From NCBI GenBank assembly GCA_037447435.1, contig JBBIGR010000008.1, positions 32,001 to 96,000 on the forward strand: 64,000 bases of DNA, written 5' to 3'. Origin of the DNA: Fibrobacteria bacterium (GTDB taxonomy: Bacteria > Fibrobacterota > Chitinivibrionia > Chitinivibrionales > FEN-1185). Positions 1-9,426 of the stretch are shown here, one piece after another. The number at the start of each line of letters is the position of its first letter. The first letter of the stretch is position 1. The translations under genes were made by a program, and so were the position numbers. The notes beneath the pieces are model-generated. The model did no database searches. It saw only the letters and a program-made list of their open reading frames with translations, and was not told where the DNA came from.

Positions 1-243
1 AGCATCAGGATGAGTTATGAGCGGTATCTCAAGCGGGCGCCCGATTTGGCGGGAAAAATCACCATACGTTTTACCATAGACGCCTCGGGAGGGGTGAGCC
101 GCGTGGAGATTGTTGAAAATACGACCGGCAATAAGGAACTCGAAGATGAAATAGTACGGAAGATCGGCATGTGGAGATTTGAGGCCATTAACGAGGGCGA
201 TGTCACGGTTACGTATCCGTTCGTATTTCAGCCGGCATCCTAA
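1..243 (+). CDS. TonB C-terminal-like (AgmX/PglI C-terminal domain) protein, 5'-truncated by the window edge
   Basis: Frame open from base 1; YERYLKRAPDLAGKITIRFTIDASGGV...WRF...VTVTYPFVF matches the AgmX/PglI/TonB_C pattern. Confidence 0.75.
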   Translation, partial: SIRMSYERYLKRAPDLAGKITIRFTIDASGGVSRVEIVENTTGNKELEDEIVRKIGMWRFEAINEGDVTVTYPFVFQPAS

Positions 244-261
244 AACGATAAGGGATTTACT

Positions 262-1158
262 ATGGTTAAAAAAGCGGCAATGATTTGTTGTACGCTGCTT
301 GCGTTTTTTACGCCCGCGCTTGGGGCGATTATAAAAAGCGGCGACGTTCTTGACATAGTGGTACAGGGGCATCCGGAATTTTCCGGGAATTTCACCGTAA
401 CAGAGACCGGGACCATAGAGTATCCTCTTTTGGCCGATGAGGTCGTGACCAACATCACCACATCGGAACTCATGAATGATTTGACCCTGAAATTAGCCAA
501 GCATATCGATAATCCGTTGGTCATTATTGCCGTTTTGGAAAAACCTCCCATGGTTGTTTTTGTGCTGGGCCAGGTTAAAATTCCGGGACCGGTCAAGACC
601 TATTTGGGTTCAACGCTGCAGGAAGTCCTGCAATTGGCGGGCGGTCCCCTCGAGACCGCGAACATCGAACGGGTGAAAATCATCCATAAGAATTCTCCTG
701 AAGAAAGTGCTGAATACTACAATTTGAAGGAATTCATGAAAAACGGTACATTGGGCAATTTGCCGAAACTGAAGCCCGACGATACCGTCATTTTGCTTGC
801 CTCCGAAAAATCGAGCAAGGTGAAAGTCATCGGAGCGGTGAATAAGCCCGGGTTTTTCGATTTGCCCGAAAAAATGAATCTCTTCGAACTCATTTACTTG
901 GCAGGGGGACCGTCGGAACACGGCGATTTGTCGAAGGTGCGCCGCTTTACCCAGGCAAACGGGAAAACCGTGGAAGAAGTGATCAATATACAGTCGTATC
1001 TGGATAAAGGCGAAATGGAAGGCATACCCCAGGTCGTGCCCGGCGATATCGTCATCGTGTATGCGCGATGGTACGATTGGCAAATGATATTGAGCGTCCT
1101 TAACAACGTACTGCTTTTCGTGGTTGCCGTGCAGGCACTTTCAGGAGTGTTAAAATAG
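262..1158 (+). CDS. wza: Polysaccharide export (OPX/Wza family) protein with Poly_export and SLBB domains
   Basis: Signal peptide; IKSGDVLDIVV...GTIEYPLL Poly_export motif; two SLBB repeats (VFVLGQVKIPG, VKVIGAVNKPG); hydrophobic C-terminal helix; directly upstream of wzc. Confidence 0.85.
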   Translation: MVKKAAMICCTLLAFFTPALGAIIKSGDVLDIVVQGHPEFSGNFTVTETGTIEYPLLADEVVTNITTSELMNDLTLKLAKHIDNPLVIIAVLEKPPMVVFVLGQVKIPGPVKTYLGSTLQEVLQLAGGPLETANIERVKIIHKNSPEESAEYYNLKEFMKNGTLGNLPKLKPDDTVILLASEKSSKVKVIGAVNKPGFFDLPEKMNLFELIYLAGGPSEHGDLSKVRRFTQANGKTVEEVINIQSYLDKGEMEGIPQVVPGDIVIVYARWYDWQMILSVLNNVLLFVVAVQALSGVLK

Positions 1159-3356
1159 TGGAAAAAGATCAATCTATTTTGTCGAGCTTGCAGAAATTCA
1201 AAAGCGGCACCCAAGTCAAGGATTATGTCGCTATTATCATCCATAGGCGATGGATCATCATCCTGTCGCTTCTCTCGGTCGTATTGTCGACCATGTTTTT
1301 CGTTATGCGCATTCCCGACATATACGAGTCGTTTTCTACCGTCGTATTCGAACAGCAGAATATGATGTTGACGCAGGCGATGAATATGGGGGGCGCATCG
1401 TCGGGCCGTTCGCTCGATTTTTACCAGGGAATACTCAACAGCCGGACGTTTTTGGAAATGGTCGTCGACAGCATCGGCATAGACCGTTTTAAGCCGATAA
1501 TGCAGAAAAACGGCCGTGAAGAAGCCATTGCGTATGTGCAAAAAAGCCTTTCGCTCCGTAATACCGAATTCGCTTCATTCATGAGATTCAACGTGCAGGC
1601 GGCGACCAAGGATTTGGCGTATTTAATGGCGACCGTGGGAACCGACCTGTTCAGAAAACGCTGCCAGGAGGTCGAAACGGAGGAATCGAGGCGATCGGCA
1701 ATCGAACTTGACAAACAATTGAAGCTCATCCGGGAAAAGCTCGAGCTGGCCGAACACGATTATCAAACGTACCGGGAGCTTCGCGGCAATATTTCGGAAG
1801 GAACGACGCCGGAACTGAAGACGTTGACGGAAGCGTACGGGTCGAGCGTGGCGCAGCTCGGCCTGAAGGAAGCCGACCTTAATGCCGAACGCAAGCAACT
1901 GGAAAAAATGGAAGGGACCATGACGCCGCCCGAGACCGAACGGGCGCCCGAATTCTTAAAGCTTCGCTCGCGCCTTCATGAGCTCGAACAGGAGAAAATG
2001 CGTCTGGAAAACCTCGGGATAAAACTGGCGGGCCCTTCGGCCGTGGACAGAGAAATCGACGATTTGGAACGGCAATTGCTGCAGTACAAGCAATCGAAAG
2101 GAAGCCAAAGCGCGAGTGTGGACCCCCGAACCGTCAAGCAATGGCAGGAATTGCGGAAATCCGTTCTTGCAAAAGAAGGGGAAATGGAGCTTTTCAAACG
2201 CAAGTTGGAATCGTATAAGAAAGCCATTTCCAATTACAAACAGAGCAATCCGGACATTCTGGCGCAATCCCTGGAACTCATGCGGTTGCAGCGGTCGCGC
2301 GAAGTATACGAAAATGTTTACAATGTATTATTGCAGAAGTCGGAAGAGGAACGAATGCGCAATGCGTCGAATGCGGCCGGCATCAAGATCGTTGACGTCG
2401 CGCGCATGCCGACGCATCCGATGCCGAAAAACGAGGCGCGGTATTACGCCTTGTGCGTCATCCTTGGCCTGCTTTTGGGCCTCGGCCTTGCGTTTATGCT
2501 CGAATTCAACGACACCACGATAAAATCGAATGAAGACATAGAAAAATTTCTCGCCTTGCCCATACTCGGAACCATCCCGCATATTTCCCATAATAAAAAG
2601 GAAGGGATCGAAATTAAACGGCGGTCTTCCAAATCGAAGAAGCAAACGTCGGTTGTCAATTACCCGCGCCAACTATTGTCGTTTTCCGGCGACGATTCGG
2701 TCATTACCGAATCGTACCGGTCGTTGCGGACTAATTTGACATTTGTGAGTCCCGACAGGCCGCTTCAAACCGCAATACTGACCTCTGCGGGGCCCGGAGA
2801 GGGAAAATCGCTTACCATATCCAATCTGGCGATGGCGTATGCGCAAATGGGGAAAAAGACCTTGCTTATCGATACTGATTTGCGGCGTCCGGTACTGCAT
2901 CACTTGTTCGATTTGAAACGCGACCCGGGATTTTGCGATTTGTTTACCGAGAACCCCGATTATTCTGTTGCCATACGCCCGAGCGGACGGCCGAACTTAT
3001 CCATAATCACGGCAGGCATATTCACGCCGAATCCCGCGGAACTCATCGCTTCTCAGAAAATGATGCAACACATAGAATATTTTAAGAAAAATTACGATAT
3101 CATTTTTTTCGATACGCCGCCGGTGCTTGCGGTCACTGATGCAGCGCTGTTAGGGACGAAGGTCGACGGGGTGATCCTGGTCATAAAGGCCCATCATACC
3201 GATAAGGAAGTCGCGGTCCGTGCGGTAAATTCGGTACAGAACGTGGGGGTCAAGGTTTGGGGCGTTGTGCTCAACGACATTAATCTGACCCATCGGTACT
3301 CATCATACGGCTATTATAAATATTATTATCATTATTACAAATCAAAGACGGATTAA
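1158..3356 (+). CDS. wzc: Polysaccharide co-polymerase / BY-kinase (Wzc family)
   Basis: Two TM helices flanking a coiled coil; ESYRSLRTNL; Walker A GPGEGKS; LLIDTDLRRP; DTPP; Tyr cluster YSSYGYYKYYYHYY; GTG start overlaps the wza stop. Confidence 0.95.
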   Translation: MEKDQSILSSLQKFKSGTQVKDYVAIIIHRRWIIILSLLSVVLSTMFFVMRIPDIYESFSTVVFEQQNMMLTQAMNMGGASSGRSLDFYQGILNSRTFLEMVVDSIGIDRFKPIMQKNGREEAIAYVQKSLSLRNTEFASFMRFNVQAATKDLAYLMATVGTDLFRKRCQEVETEESRRSAIELDKQLKLIREKLELAEHDYQTYRELRGNISEGTTPELKTLTEAYGSSVAQLGLKEADLNAERKQLEKMEGTMTPPETERAPEFLKLRSRLHELEQEKMRLENLGIKLAGPSAVDREIDDLERQLLQYKQSKGSQSASVDPRTVKQWQELRKSVLAKEGEMELFKRKLESYKKAISNYKQSNPDILAQSLELMRLQRSREVYENVYNVLLQKSEEERMRNASNAAGIKIVDVARMPTHPMPKNEARYYALCVILGLLLGLGLAFMLEFNDTTIKSNEDIEKFLALPILGTIPHISHNKKEGIEIKRRSSKSKKQTSVVNYPRQLLSFSGDDSVITESYRSLRTNLTFVSPDRPLQTAILTSAGPGEGKSLTISNLAMAYAQMGKKTLLIDTDLRRPVLHHLFDLKRDPGFCDLFTENPDYSVAIRPSGRPNLSIITAGIFTPNPAELIASQKMMQHIEYFKKNYDIIFFDTPPVLAVTDAALLGTKVDGVILVIKAHHTDKEVAVRAVNSVQNVGVKVWGVVLNDINLTHRYSSYGYYKYYYHYYKSKTD

Positions 3357-4232
3357 ATGAAGGAAATTATTCCGGCAAAGACCGTCAATGAAAATTCCCA
3401 TGAATCCGGAATGTGGAAAACAAGGGTTTGCACTGCCTCAAACCCCTTTATACGGGCATATGCGGGATTTATTTCGCTCAAGCGGAAAGGCGTGGCGGAT
3501 CTTTCGCGCGGGGAGTTAAACCCCGGTTTCGTGCTTGATGCTGGGGCAGGTCAGGGCGCATATAGTATTTGGTTTGTTACGGCGAAACCTTCGTTACAGA
3601 GGGTTGTGAGCGTCGATATTTCTTTTTCGGCATTACGCCGGTTACAGAAAAACAGAGACACCTGTAAATTGCAAAATAAGATTTTACCCGTTTGTGCGGA
3701 TGTCATGGCTTTGCCGTTTAAGCATGCCCGGTTTTCCGCGGCGTTCAGCATCGACACGCTCGGGCATGTTGAAAATGCCCGGACCGTTCTTGATGAATTA
3801 TTGCGGACGCTTCGGCAGGGGGCAAACGTTTTTCTGCATAGTGAATGCAACGATTATAAAAACCGCTGGCCCGATCGGATGCTGATTAAAACCCTTGGGA
3901 CAGACAGTGTCGCAAATCTGGATCATCACACGGGAAGCATGAGCTCGCAGGACCTTTTTAAAGCGTATTCGCGCCGCTTCAAAGTATTGTCATTCGTTAA
4001 TCCCGCCGGGTACGCGGGCTGGCTTATCGGATATCCGGAAAAATATCATGTCGCTTTTGCCCTGGCGCACAAGCCGGTATTGTCTTTACTGGTGCGTTTT
4101 TTTGCTTTTGTAAAAAATCTTTGGGGCATCGGCATGCTCCTCCGGCTAAAAAACGCATCGACCAATCATTTGGAAAATTTTTTAGGTCTTACGGGCGGCG
4201 GCTCCTGTTTCGCTCATGTTAAAAAACCATAA
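3357..4232 (+). CDS. Class I SAM-dependent methyltransferase
   Basis: VLDAGAGQG motif I; VSVDIS; CADVMALPF; DTLGHV. Confidence 0.85.
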   Translation: MKEIIPAKTVNENSHESGMWKTRVCTASNPFIRAYAGFISLKRKGVADLSRGELNPGFVLDAGAGQGAYSIWFVTAKPSLQRVVSVDISFSALRRLQKNRDTCKLQNKILPVCADVMALPFKHARFSAAFSIDTLGHVENARTVLDELLRTLRQGANVFLHSECNDYKNRWPDRMLIKTLGTDSVANLDHHTGSMSSQDLFKAYSRRFKVLSFVNPAGYAGWLIGYPEKYHVAFALAHKPVLSLLVRFFAFVKNLWGIGMLLRLKNASTNHLENFLGLTGGGSCFAHVKKP

Positions 4233-4250
4233 TACTCAAGGCCCTGACTC

Positions 4251-5117
4251 ATGGAAAATGCCATTGATGTTATAGTGCCGACGTATGGCCGCTCTTCTTG
4301 CATACAACAATGCGTCGACTCGATTTTGCCGCAACTTGAGGGCAAAGACAATCTTTTCATTATTTGGCAAGGAAAACAAAAGCCAAACATCCGGGAATCG
4401 AAGCAATGCCGTTTGCTTCATTCGTCTCCTCCGAATCTCCCTGTGGCGCGCAATAAAGGCGTTTTGGCCGGTACATCGGATATCATACTGTTTTTTGATG
4501 ATGATGTTGTCGTTAATCCCGGCGTTTTACGGTGTCATAGAAATGCATACATCGATATGTCTATCGGCGCAATCGCCGGCAAGATACTAGACCCCCTTTT
4601 TCCGCAAGGTCAGACAAGACCCGCGTCGTTCGACGAAAAAACAGGTAACCTTGTACAGAGTTTCAATGTCGATCAAAGCCAGTTTTCCATAAGCCTCATG
4701 GGCGCACACATGTCGTTCAAACGGGAGGCATTATTACAAATCGGAAAATTCGACCCCAATTTTACCCGTAATGCGTTGTGGGAAGAAGTGGATGTTGCGT
4801 TCAGGTTACGGCAAAGCGGATATACGATATGGTACTGTGCCGAGGCCGTCGTTAACCACCGTCGCCAATTAGACGGCGGCTGTCGTTCGGATTCGGCGCG
4901 ACAGTATTTGTTTCATCAATTTGCCAATACCGCTTATTTTTCTGCAAGACACGCAAACAGAAAGTATGTAAAATCGTGGCTTCAGTTTTGGATGTATCGA
5001 TTGGAATATGAAACCAGAGGGCACGGTGTCCTGAAGCATTCGCCCGCTAAAGTTGCGTCTGCACTTTTAGGGGCGTTTTGCGGTTTGCTGCGGTATTGGA
5101 TAAAAGGCCGAACATGA
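4251..5117 (+). CDS. Glycosyltransferase family 2
   Basis: VIVPTYGR; ARNKG; FFDDD; WEEVDVAFRL. Confidence 0.9.
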   Translation: MENAIDVIVPTYGRSSCIQQCVDSILPQLEGKDNLFIIWQGKQKPNIRESKQCRLLHSSPPNLPVARNKGVLAGTSDIILFFDDDVVVNPGVLRCHRNAYIDMSIGAIAGKILDPLFPQGQTRPASFDEKTGNLVQSFNVDQSQFSISLMGAHMSFKREALLQIGKFDPNFTRNALWEEVDVAFRLRQSGYTIWYCAEAVVNHRRQLDGGCRSDSARQYLFHQFANTAYFSARHANRKYVKSWLQFWMYRLEYETRGHGVLKHSPAKVASALLGAFCGLLRYWIKGRT

Positions 5118-6214
5118 AAATCGCATGGCTTGCACCTATTGACAAAAAATGCGGCATTGCATTTTATGCGAAACACTACGTGGATGTTCTGAAAGGTAAA
5201 GTGGCAATCGTTTTCTGCGATCCGGTTGAATATGTGGAAGACAAAAGGTCGTTTGAAATAAAAATATCCGGTTGCGATTGCGTCCATATTCAATATGAGA
5301 CGTCGTTATTTGCAATGCACAATACTAATTTTTATAGAAAACTGTGCGACGGCATCCGATGCAAAAAAATAGTTACGGTCCATGAAATTTATAAAAACAT
5401 TCCGGCTGTTTTTCCCAAAGAGAGAATAACGGGTTTTGCACCGATTAAAAAAATGAAGGAATTTATATGGGACAAACGCCACCCACATTGGGCATGGTAT
5501 GCAAACCACGAAAAACGGGGTTTCTTTTCGGACAGGATTATCGTGCATTCCCGGTTTCAAAAGGATATACTGCATGACCGTGGGATTTCCGCGGAACGAA
5601 TTTCGGTAATACCGCATCCTATCGCATTGCGAAGTAAAGCAATATCCTCGCAGAAGAACGACGACGTCCTGGTCCTCGGGGCGACCGGTTTTATTAGCGA
5701 CGCGTACGATTACGATCTTCTTATAAAAGCATTACTCCGATTGCCCTGTCCGTGGAAATTTATTTGGATCGGCGGGATACGGAAACCCGGGAACGACGAC
5801 GTCCTTGCCTTATTGCTTAATAAGATTAAATCGCACAATATACAAGACAAATTTATCGTTACCGGCTGGGTGGAAAATGAAGAACGGGAGGCCCGGCTTT
5901 CGGAATTGTCGATCTATTGCGCTTTGTTTAAGGACAGGAGCTCGTCGGGGAGTTTAAGCGATGCGATAGCGGGCGGGAAAACGATTATCGCGACCAGAAT
6001 TCAGTTGACAGAGGAATTGAATGAAACCGCGGGTTTGTTGGAGCTTGTTGACCGAGATCCGAACGATATTGCAAAAACCATCATGGCAATAAATGACGAT
6101 GCAACATTGACAGAGAAGCGTAAAGAAGCCGTTGATACGTATGCCCGGCAACACAGTTACGACGCCTGTGCCGAGAAAACAATCGAGTTGTACAAAAAAG
6201 AAATCTTACGATGA
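5114..6214 (+). CDS. Glycosyltransferase family 4 (GT-B)
   Basis: Start moved to ATG 5114 (ATGA overlap; MKIAWLAP..KCGIAFYA); VTVHE; IIVHS; SSGSLSDAIAGGKTIIAT. Confidence 0.8.
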   Translation: MKIAWLAPIDKKCGIAFYAKHYVDVLKGKVAIVFCDPVEYVEDKRSFEIKISGCDCVHIQYETSLFAMHNTNFYRKLCDGIRCKKIVTVHEIYKNIPAVFPKERITGFAPIKKMKEFIWDKRHPHWAWYANHEKRGFFSDRIIVHSRFQKDILHDRGISAERISVIPHPIALRSKAISSQKNDDVLVLGATGFISDAYDYDLLIKALLRLPCPWKFIWIGGIRKPGNDDVLALLLNKIKSHNIQDKFIVTGWVENEEREARLSELSIYCALFKDRSSSGSLSDAIAGGKTIIATRIQLTEELNETAGLLELVDRDPNDIAKTIMAINDDATLTEKRKEAVDTYARQHSYDACAEKTIELYKKEILR

Positions 6215-7296
6215 GAATTTTATGGGACATGAGATTGTATTCGTACGGCTATGGAACCCGCGGTTGCGGCGTATGGACAAAAGCAATGGCTTTATCCATA
6301 AAAGAATCGGAAACAGATAAAAAGCACGAGATAATCATATGGGGAAATAAGAAACTGGTGCCGCATGAAATTGCTTGTTTGGCAAACAAATGGGTACAGT
6401 ATGAAAAGGGGAGTTGGAAAAGCGACCTTTTTATTATTCCCTATCTTGTATTGCGATATCGCGTAAATATCTTTCATTATTGGATGGCGCTGGGCCCGAT
6501 TTTTAAAATCGGCATGGGTTTATTTCATCCGAATTGCAAAGTCTGTCTCTGCGTATATGATTTGGGGGTCGAGTATTTATCGGCTAACGGCCATTGCGCA
6601 CAAACGCGAGGGTCGGTTTACTGGAAAGTTCAAAAGCGATTGCTTAAGGGGCGCTCGAAAATAATTGCGATATCGGAAAAAACAAAACAAGAACTTTTCG
6701 CCTGGACCAAGGGTAAGAAGCAAAGTACGGTATTGTATATGCCGTTGCCCGATACCGGAAAAAGCGTTTCTGAATTGATTAGTGCAAAAAATGATTCGCG
6801 GTGCAATTCGTTCGTGACGCTCGGGGGCGCCTTGCATAAAAACGTTTCTTTGGTGATCGAAGCCTTTGAACTTTTCCGAAAAGAAAACCCCTGCTTTAGT
6901 CTCCATATATGCGGGACAGTCGAGAAAGAAGAGTTGCCGCAGACGATAGGAAAAACCGTTTTCTTTGAAACCTATTCGACCTATGAATACTATTTAAAAA
7001 ATGCCGCCGCGATTATTGTGGCTTCGACGTATGAGGGCCTCGGAATACCGTTGTTGGAAGCAATGAGGTATTCGTGCCCGCTTATTGCCTCGGATATATC
7101 TGTGTTTCATGAAAGCTGCGGGGACTTCGCGAGGTTTATGAATCCGCGCGATGCGCAAAGCATAGCGGAGGCAATGCAGGACATCGTATTAGCGCCGCAG
7201 AAATGGGCCGACAATTCGGCGCGTGCAATGAACAGATATAGGAAAATGAGCGAAAACGCAGGAAAACAATGGTTGACAACGTACGCCAATTTATAA
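6211..7296 (+). CDS. Glycosyltransferase family 4
   Basis: IIAISEKTK; HKNV; STYEGLGIPLLEAMRYSCPLIASDI. Confidence 0.9.
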   Translation: MRILWDMRLYSYGYGTRGCGVWTKAMALSIKESETDKKHEIIIWGNKKLVPHEIACLANKWVQYEKGSWKSDLFIIPYLVLRYRVNIFHYWMALGPIFKIGMGLFHPNCKVCLCVYDLGVEYLSANGHCAQTRGSVYWKVQKRLLKGRSKIIAISEKTKQELFAWTKGKKQSTVLYMPLPDTGKSVSELISAKNDSRCNSFVTLGGALHKNVSLVIEAFELFRKENPCFSLHICGTVEKEELPQTIGKTVFFETYSTYEYYLKNAAAIIVASTYEGLGIPLLEAMRYSCPLIASDISVFHESCGDFARFMNPRDAQSIAEAMQDIVLAPQKWADNSARAMNRYRKMSENAGKQWLTTYANL

Positions 7297-7302
7297 AGTA
7301 CT

Positions 7303-9060
7303 ATGCTGTTATCAATTGTCATAATAACGTATAACCGGAGCACTCCATTGCGCAAGGCCGTCGAGTCGGTATCGGCGGCATTGGACCGTAAAGGGGAATG
7401 CGAGGTCATCGTCGTCGACGATGCTTCCGGCTCGGATCACCGGAGCAAAAATGAAAACCTTTGCCGTGAATATTCTTGTACGTTACTAGTGCACGATTCC
7501 AGAAGGGGAGCGGCGGCGTCACGAAATACCGCAATAGCCCAAAGCAATGGAAAATGGATAGCGTTTTTGGACGATGACGTGATTGCAGACAAACAATGGT
7601 ATTTTCAAGCGAGAAAAAGAATCATGTCGGCCTCGGATGCCGTGGCAGGCATTGAGGGAAAAGTGGTGCCCTTGGGAAAAGGGTTGTGGGACAAGGAAGT
7701 GGAAAATAAAAATGGAAAGCTGTATCTCACCTGCAATTGCATTTACAACGCAGCAATACTAAAAAAAGAAAACGGATTTGATCAACGATTTAACGGAAAA
7801 CACCCGTCGTGTGAAGATCATGAACTTGCCGCACGGATGTTACGATGGGGCGATATTCCGTTCGACGGCTCAATAACCGTGTACCATACGGCACGATCGG
7901 TTTCCCTTATTGCATATGTGCAAAATTCTGTTTCGCGGATGAAAGAGCAGCTCGAGGCAGAGTTTTACTTTTACATGAAGCAACGCGACCGATATCATTT
8001 GTTTCGGCATCGGACTTCTTTTTTCGGAACCCTGAAAGCGATTTGTTTAAAACATATCGTGACAACGTTTAAAAGAAGACTTCTTCCGGATATTATCGGG
8101 CATCCTCTGCAAAGTTTGAGCTTGTTTGCCTCCTGTATAATTGAGCAATTGACCGCATGGGTATTGTTACCGGTATTCGTCGGGCGATTTTTTAAGGGAC
8201 GCGAACGGTATTTTACCAACGATATTGATTTGCAAAGAACAAGCAGTGTTTGGAATTTTAAAAAATCCGTTACAACGGAAAACCTGGTTTTTAAACGATC
8301 GGTTGTAAAATCGATGCTATTCCCCATAACGAATACTCCCGGGTATTCGGCCAGGTCTTTGTTACGAGTGATGCGGAAAAAAATCGATGCTGAAACGGAA
8401 TGCAAATGTTACATTCGTATCGACGACGTGTTTTTAGAAAAACGGGAATTGGTCGTCGGGCTATGCAAAGTATTTCAAAGGTTCAAAGCGCCGTTTTGCG
8501 CAGCCGTGCCCGGCCAGTATCTAACCGACGAACGATATGCGGACCTCTGTTCGTTGATAATTGATAGCGGCGGAACAATCGCGTTGCATGGGTTTTCGCA
8601 TCACGGCATGTTCGGACCCTATGTCAGTGAGTTTTTGCAAATGCAATTCGGCGAATTTGCCCGGAAAGTCGAAAATGTATTCCGTTGTACGTCCGACGAA
8701 TGGAAACCGAAAATACTTATTCCGCCTTTTAACGCCATTTCGCGGTATCATATCAAGGAAGCGGCAAAATATTTTAAAGTAATTTGCGGCGGCCCGGAAA
8801 CCGCACGATTTACAGATGGTTGCTTTGGTCCCGTTGCGCTAACGTACGGAACCTGGTATTTCCCGTCGTTTTATCCGTTTTATTCAAATGCGAAAACGGT
8901 CAATCGGACAAAAGCGTTGAGCTTTTTAAAAAAAACAAAAGGCATCGCCTGCGTGACCTTGCATATGGAGCATGAGGCGCAAAACAACTATGCAGACATA
9001 TCGGAACTATTGCAAAGCAATTCGCCGATCATATTTTCCTGGGAGAGCTATCTATCATGA
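7303..9060 (+). CDS. GT2 glycosyltransferase fused to a C-terminal polysaccharide deacetylase-like (NodB/DUF2334-type) domain
   Basis: N-term IVIITYNR, VVDDAS, FLDDD, CEDHEL; C-term IRIDD, ALHGFSH, IPPFN, LHMEHE. Confidence 0.8.
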   Translation: MLLSIVIITYNRSTPLRKAVESVSAALDRKGECEVIVVDDASGSDHRSKNENLCREYSCTLLVHDSRRGAAASRNTAIAQSNGKWIAFLDDDVIADKQWYFQARKRIMSASDAVAGIEGKVVPLGKGLWDKEVENKNGKLYLTCNCIYNAAILKKENGFDQRFNGKHPSCEDHELAARMLRWGDIPFDGSITVYHTARSVSLIAYVQNSVSRMKEQLEAEFYFYMKQRDRYHLFRHRTSFFGTLKAICLKHIVTTFKRRLLPDIIGHPLQSLSLFASCIIEQLTAWVLLPVFVGRFFKGRERYFTNDIDLQRTSSVWNFKKSVTTENLVFKRSVVKSMLFPITNTPGYSARSLLRVMRKKIDAETECKCYIRIDDVFLEKRELVVGLCKVFQRFKAPFCAAVPGQYLTDERYADLCSLIIDSGGTIALHGFSHHGMFGPYVSEFLQMQFGEFARKVENVFRCTSDEWKPKILIPPFNAISRYHIKEAAKYFKVICGGPETARFTDGCFGPVALTYGTWYFPSFYPFYSNAKTVNRTKALSFLKKTKGIACVTLHMEHEAQNNYADISELLQSNSPIIFSWESYLS

Positions 9061-9426
9061 TCATATGGTTTGCGGCTGCAATCCCCGAATCCTCCGTAGG
9101 AGGTGTGGCGCACTCGATATCGCAATTGGCAAACGGACTTTCCCGGCTCGGCTATACAACCCGCGGTTGGGAGGAGAAAGCTGTTCAGAGGGTGCGTCGT
9201 ATTTGCGTCGGCGATTCCCGCGAGCACGGGATTTATCGTTAGCAACGTCAACGGAATCGTGCTGGGTGCGGAAAATTTAAATGAAGATTCCGCAAAGATG
9301 CTTGAGACGATTCGTTCGGTAGAAACATGCAGACGATTAGGGCGGAACGCCTATGACTTTTCTTCACGACCATCGTGGGGCAGGGCGGCAAAAAGGCTTG
9401 AAAGAACGTTATGCAAAATACTGTAA
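9057..9426 (+). pseudogene. Internally deleted and frameshifted GT4 glycosyltransferase remnant
   Basis: GT4 N-terminus (MIIWFAAAIPESSVGGVAHSISQLANGLSRLGY) from ATG 9057 and GT4 C-terminus (GCVVFASAIPA...NGIVL...RRLGRNAYDFS..SWGRAAKRLE) in another frame ending 9426; only about 370 bp in total. Confidence 0.75.

Noticed and set aside
610..2903. Long antisense or alternative-frame ORFs (e.g. 894-1541, 610-1083, 2116-2523)
   Set aside because: Fully overlap well-supported wza/wzc, with no recognisable motifs; shadow ORFs (same for similar ones elsewhere)
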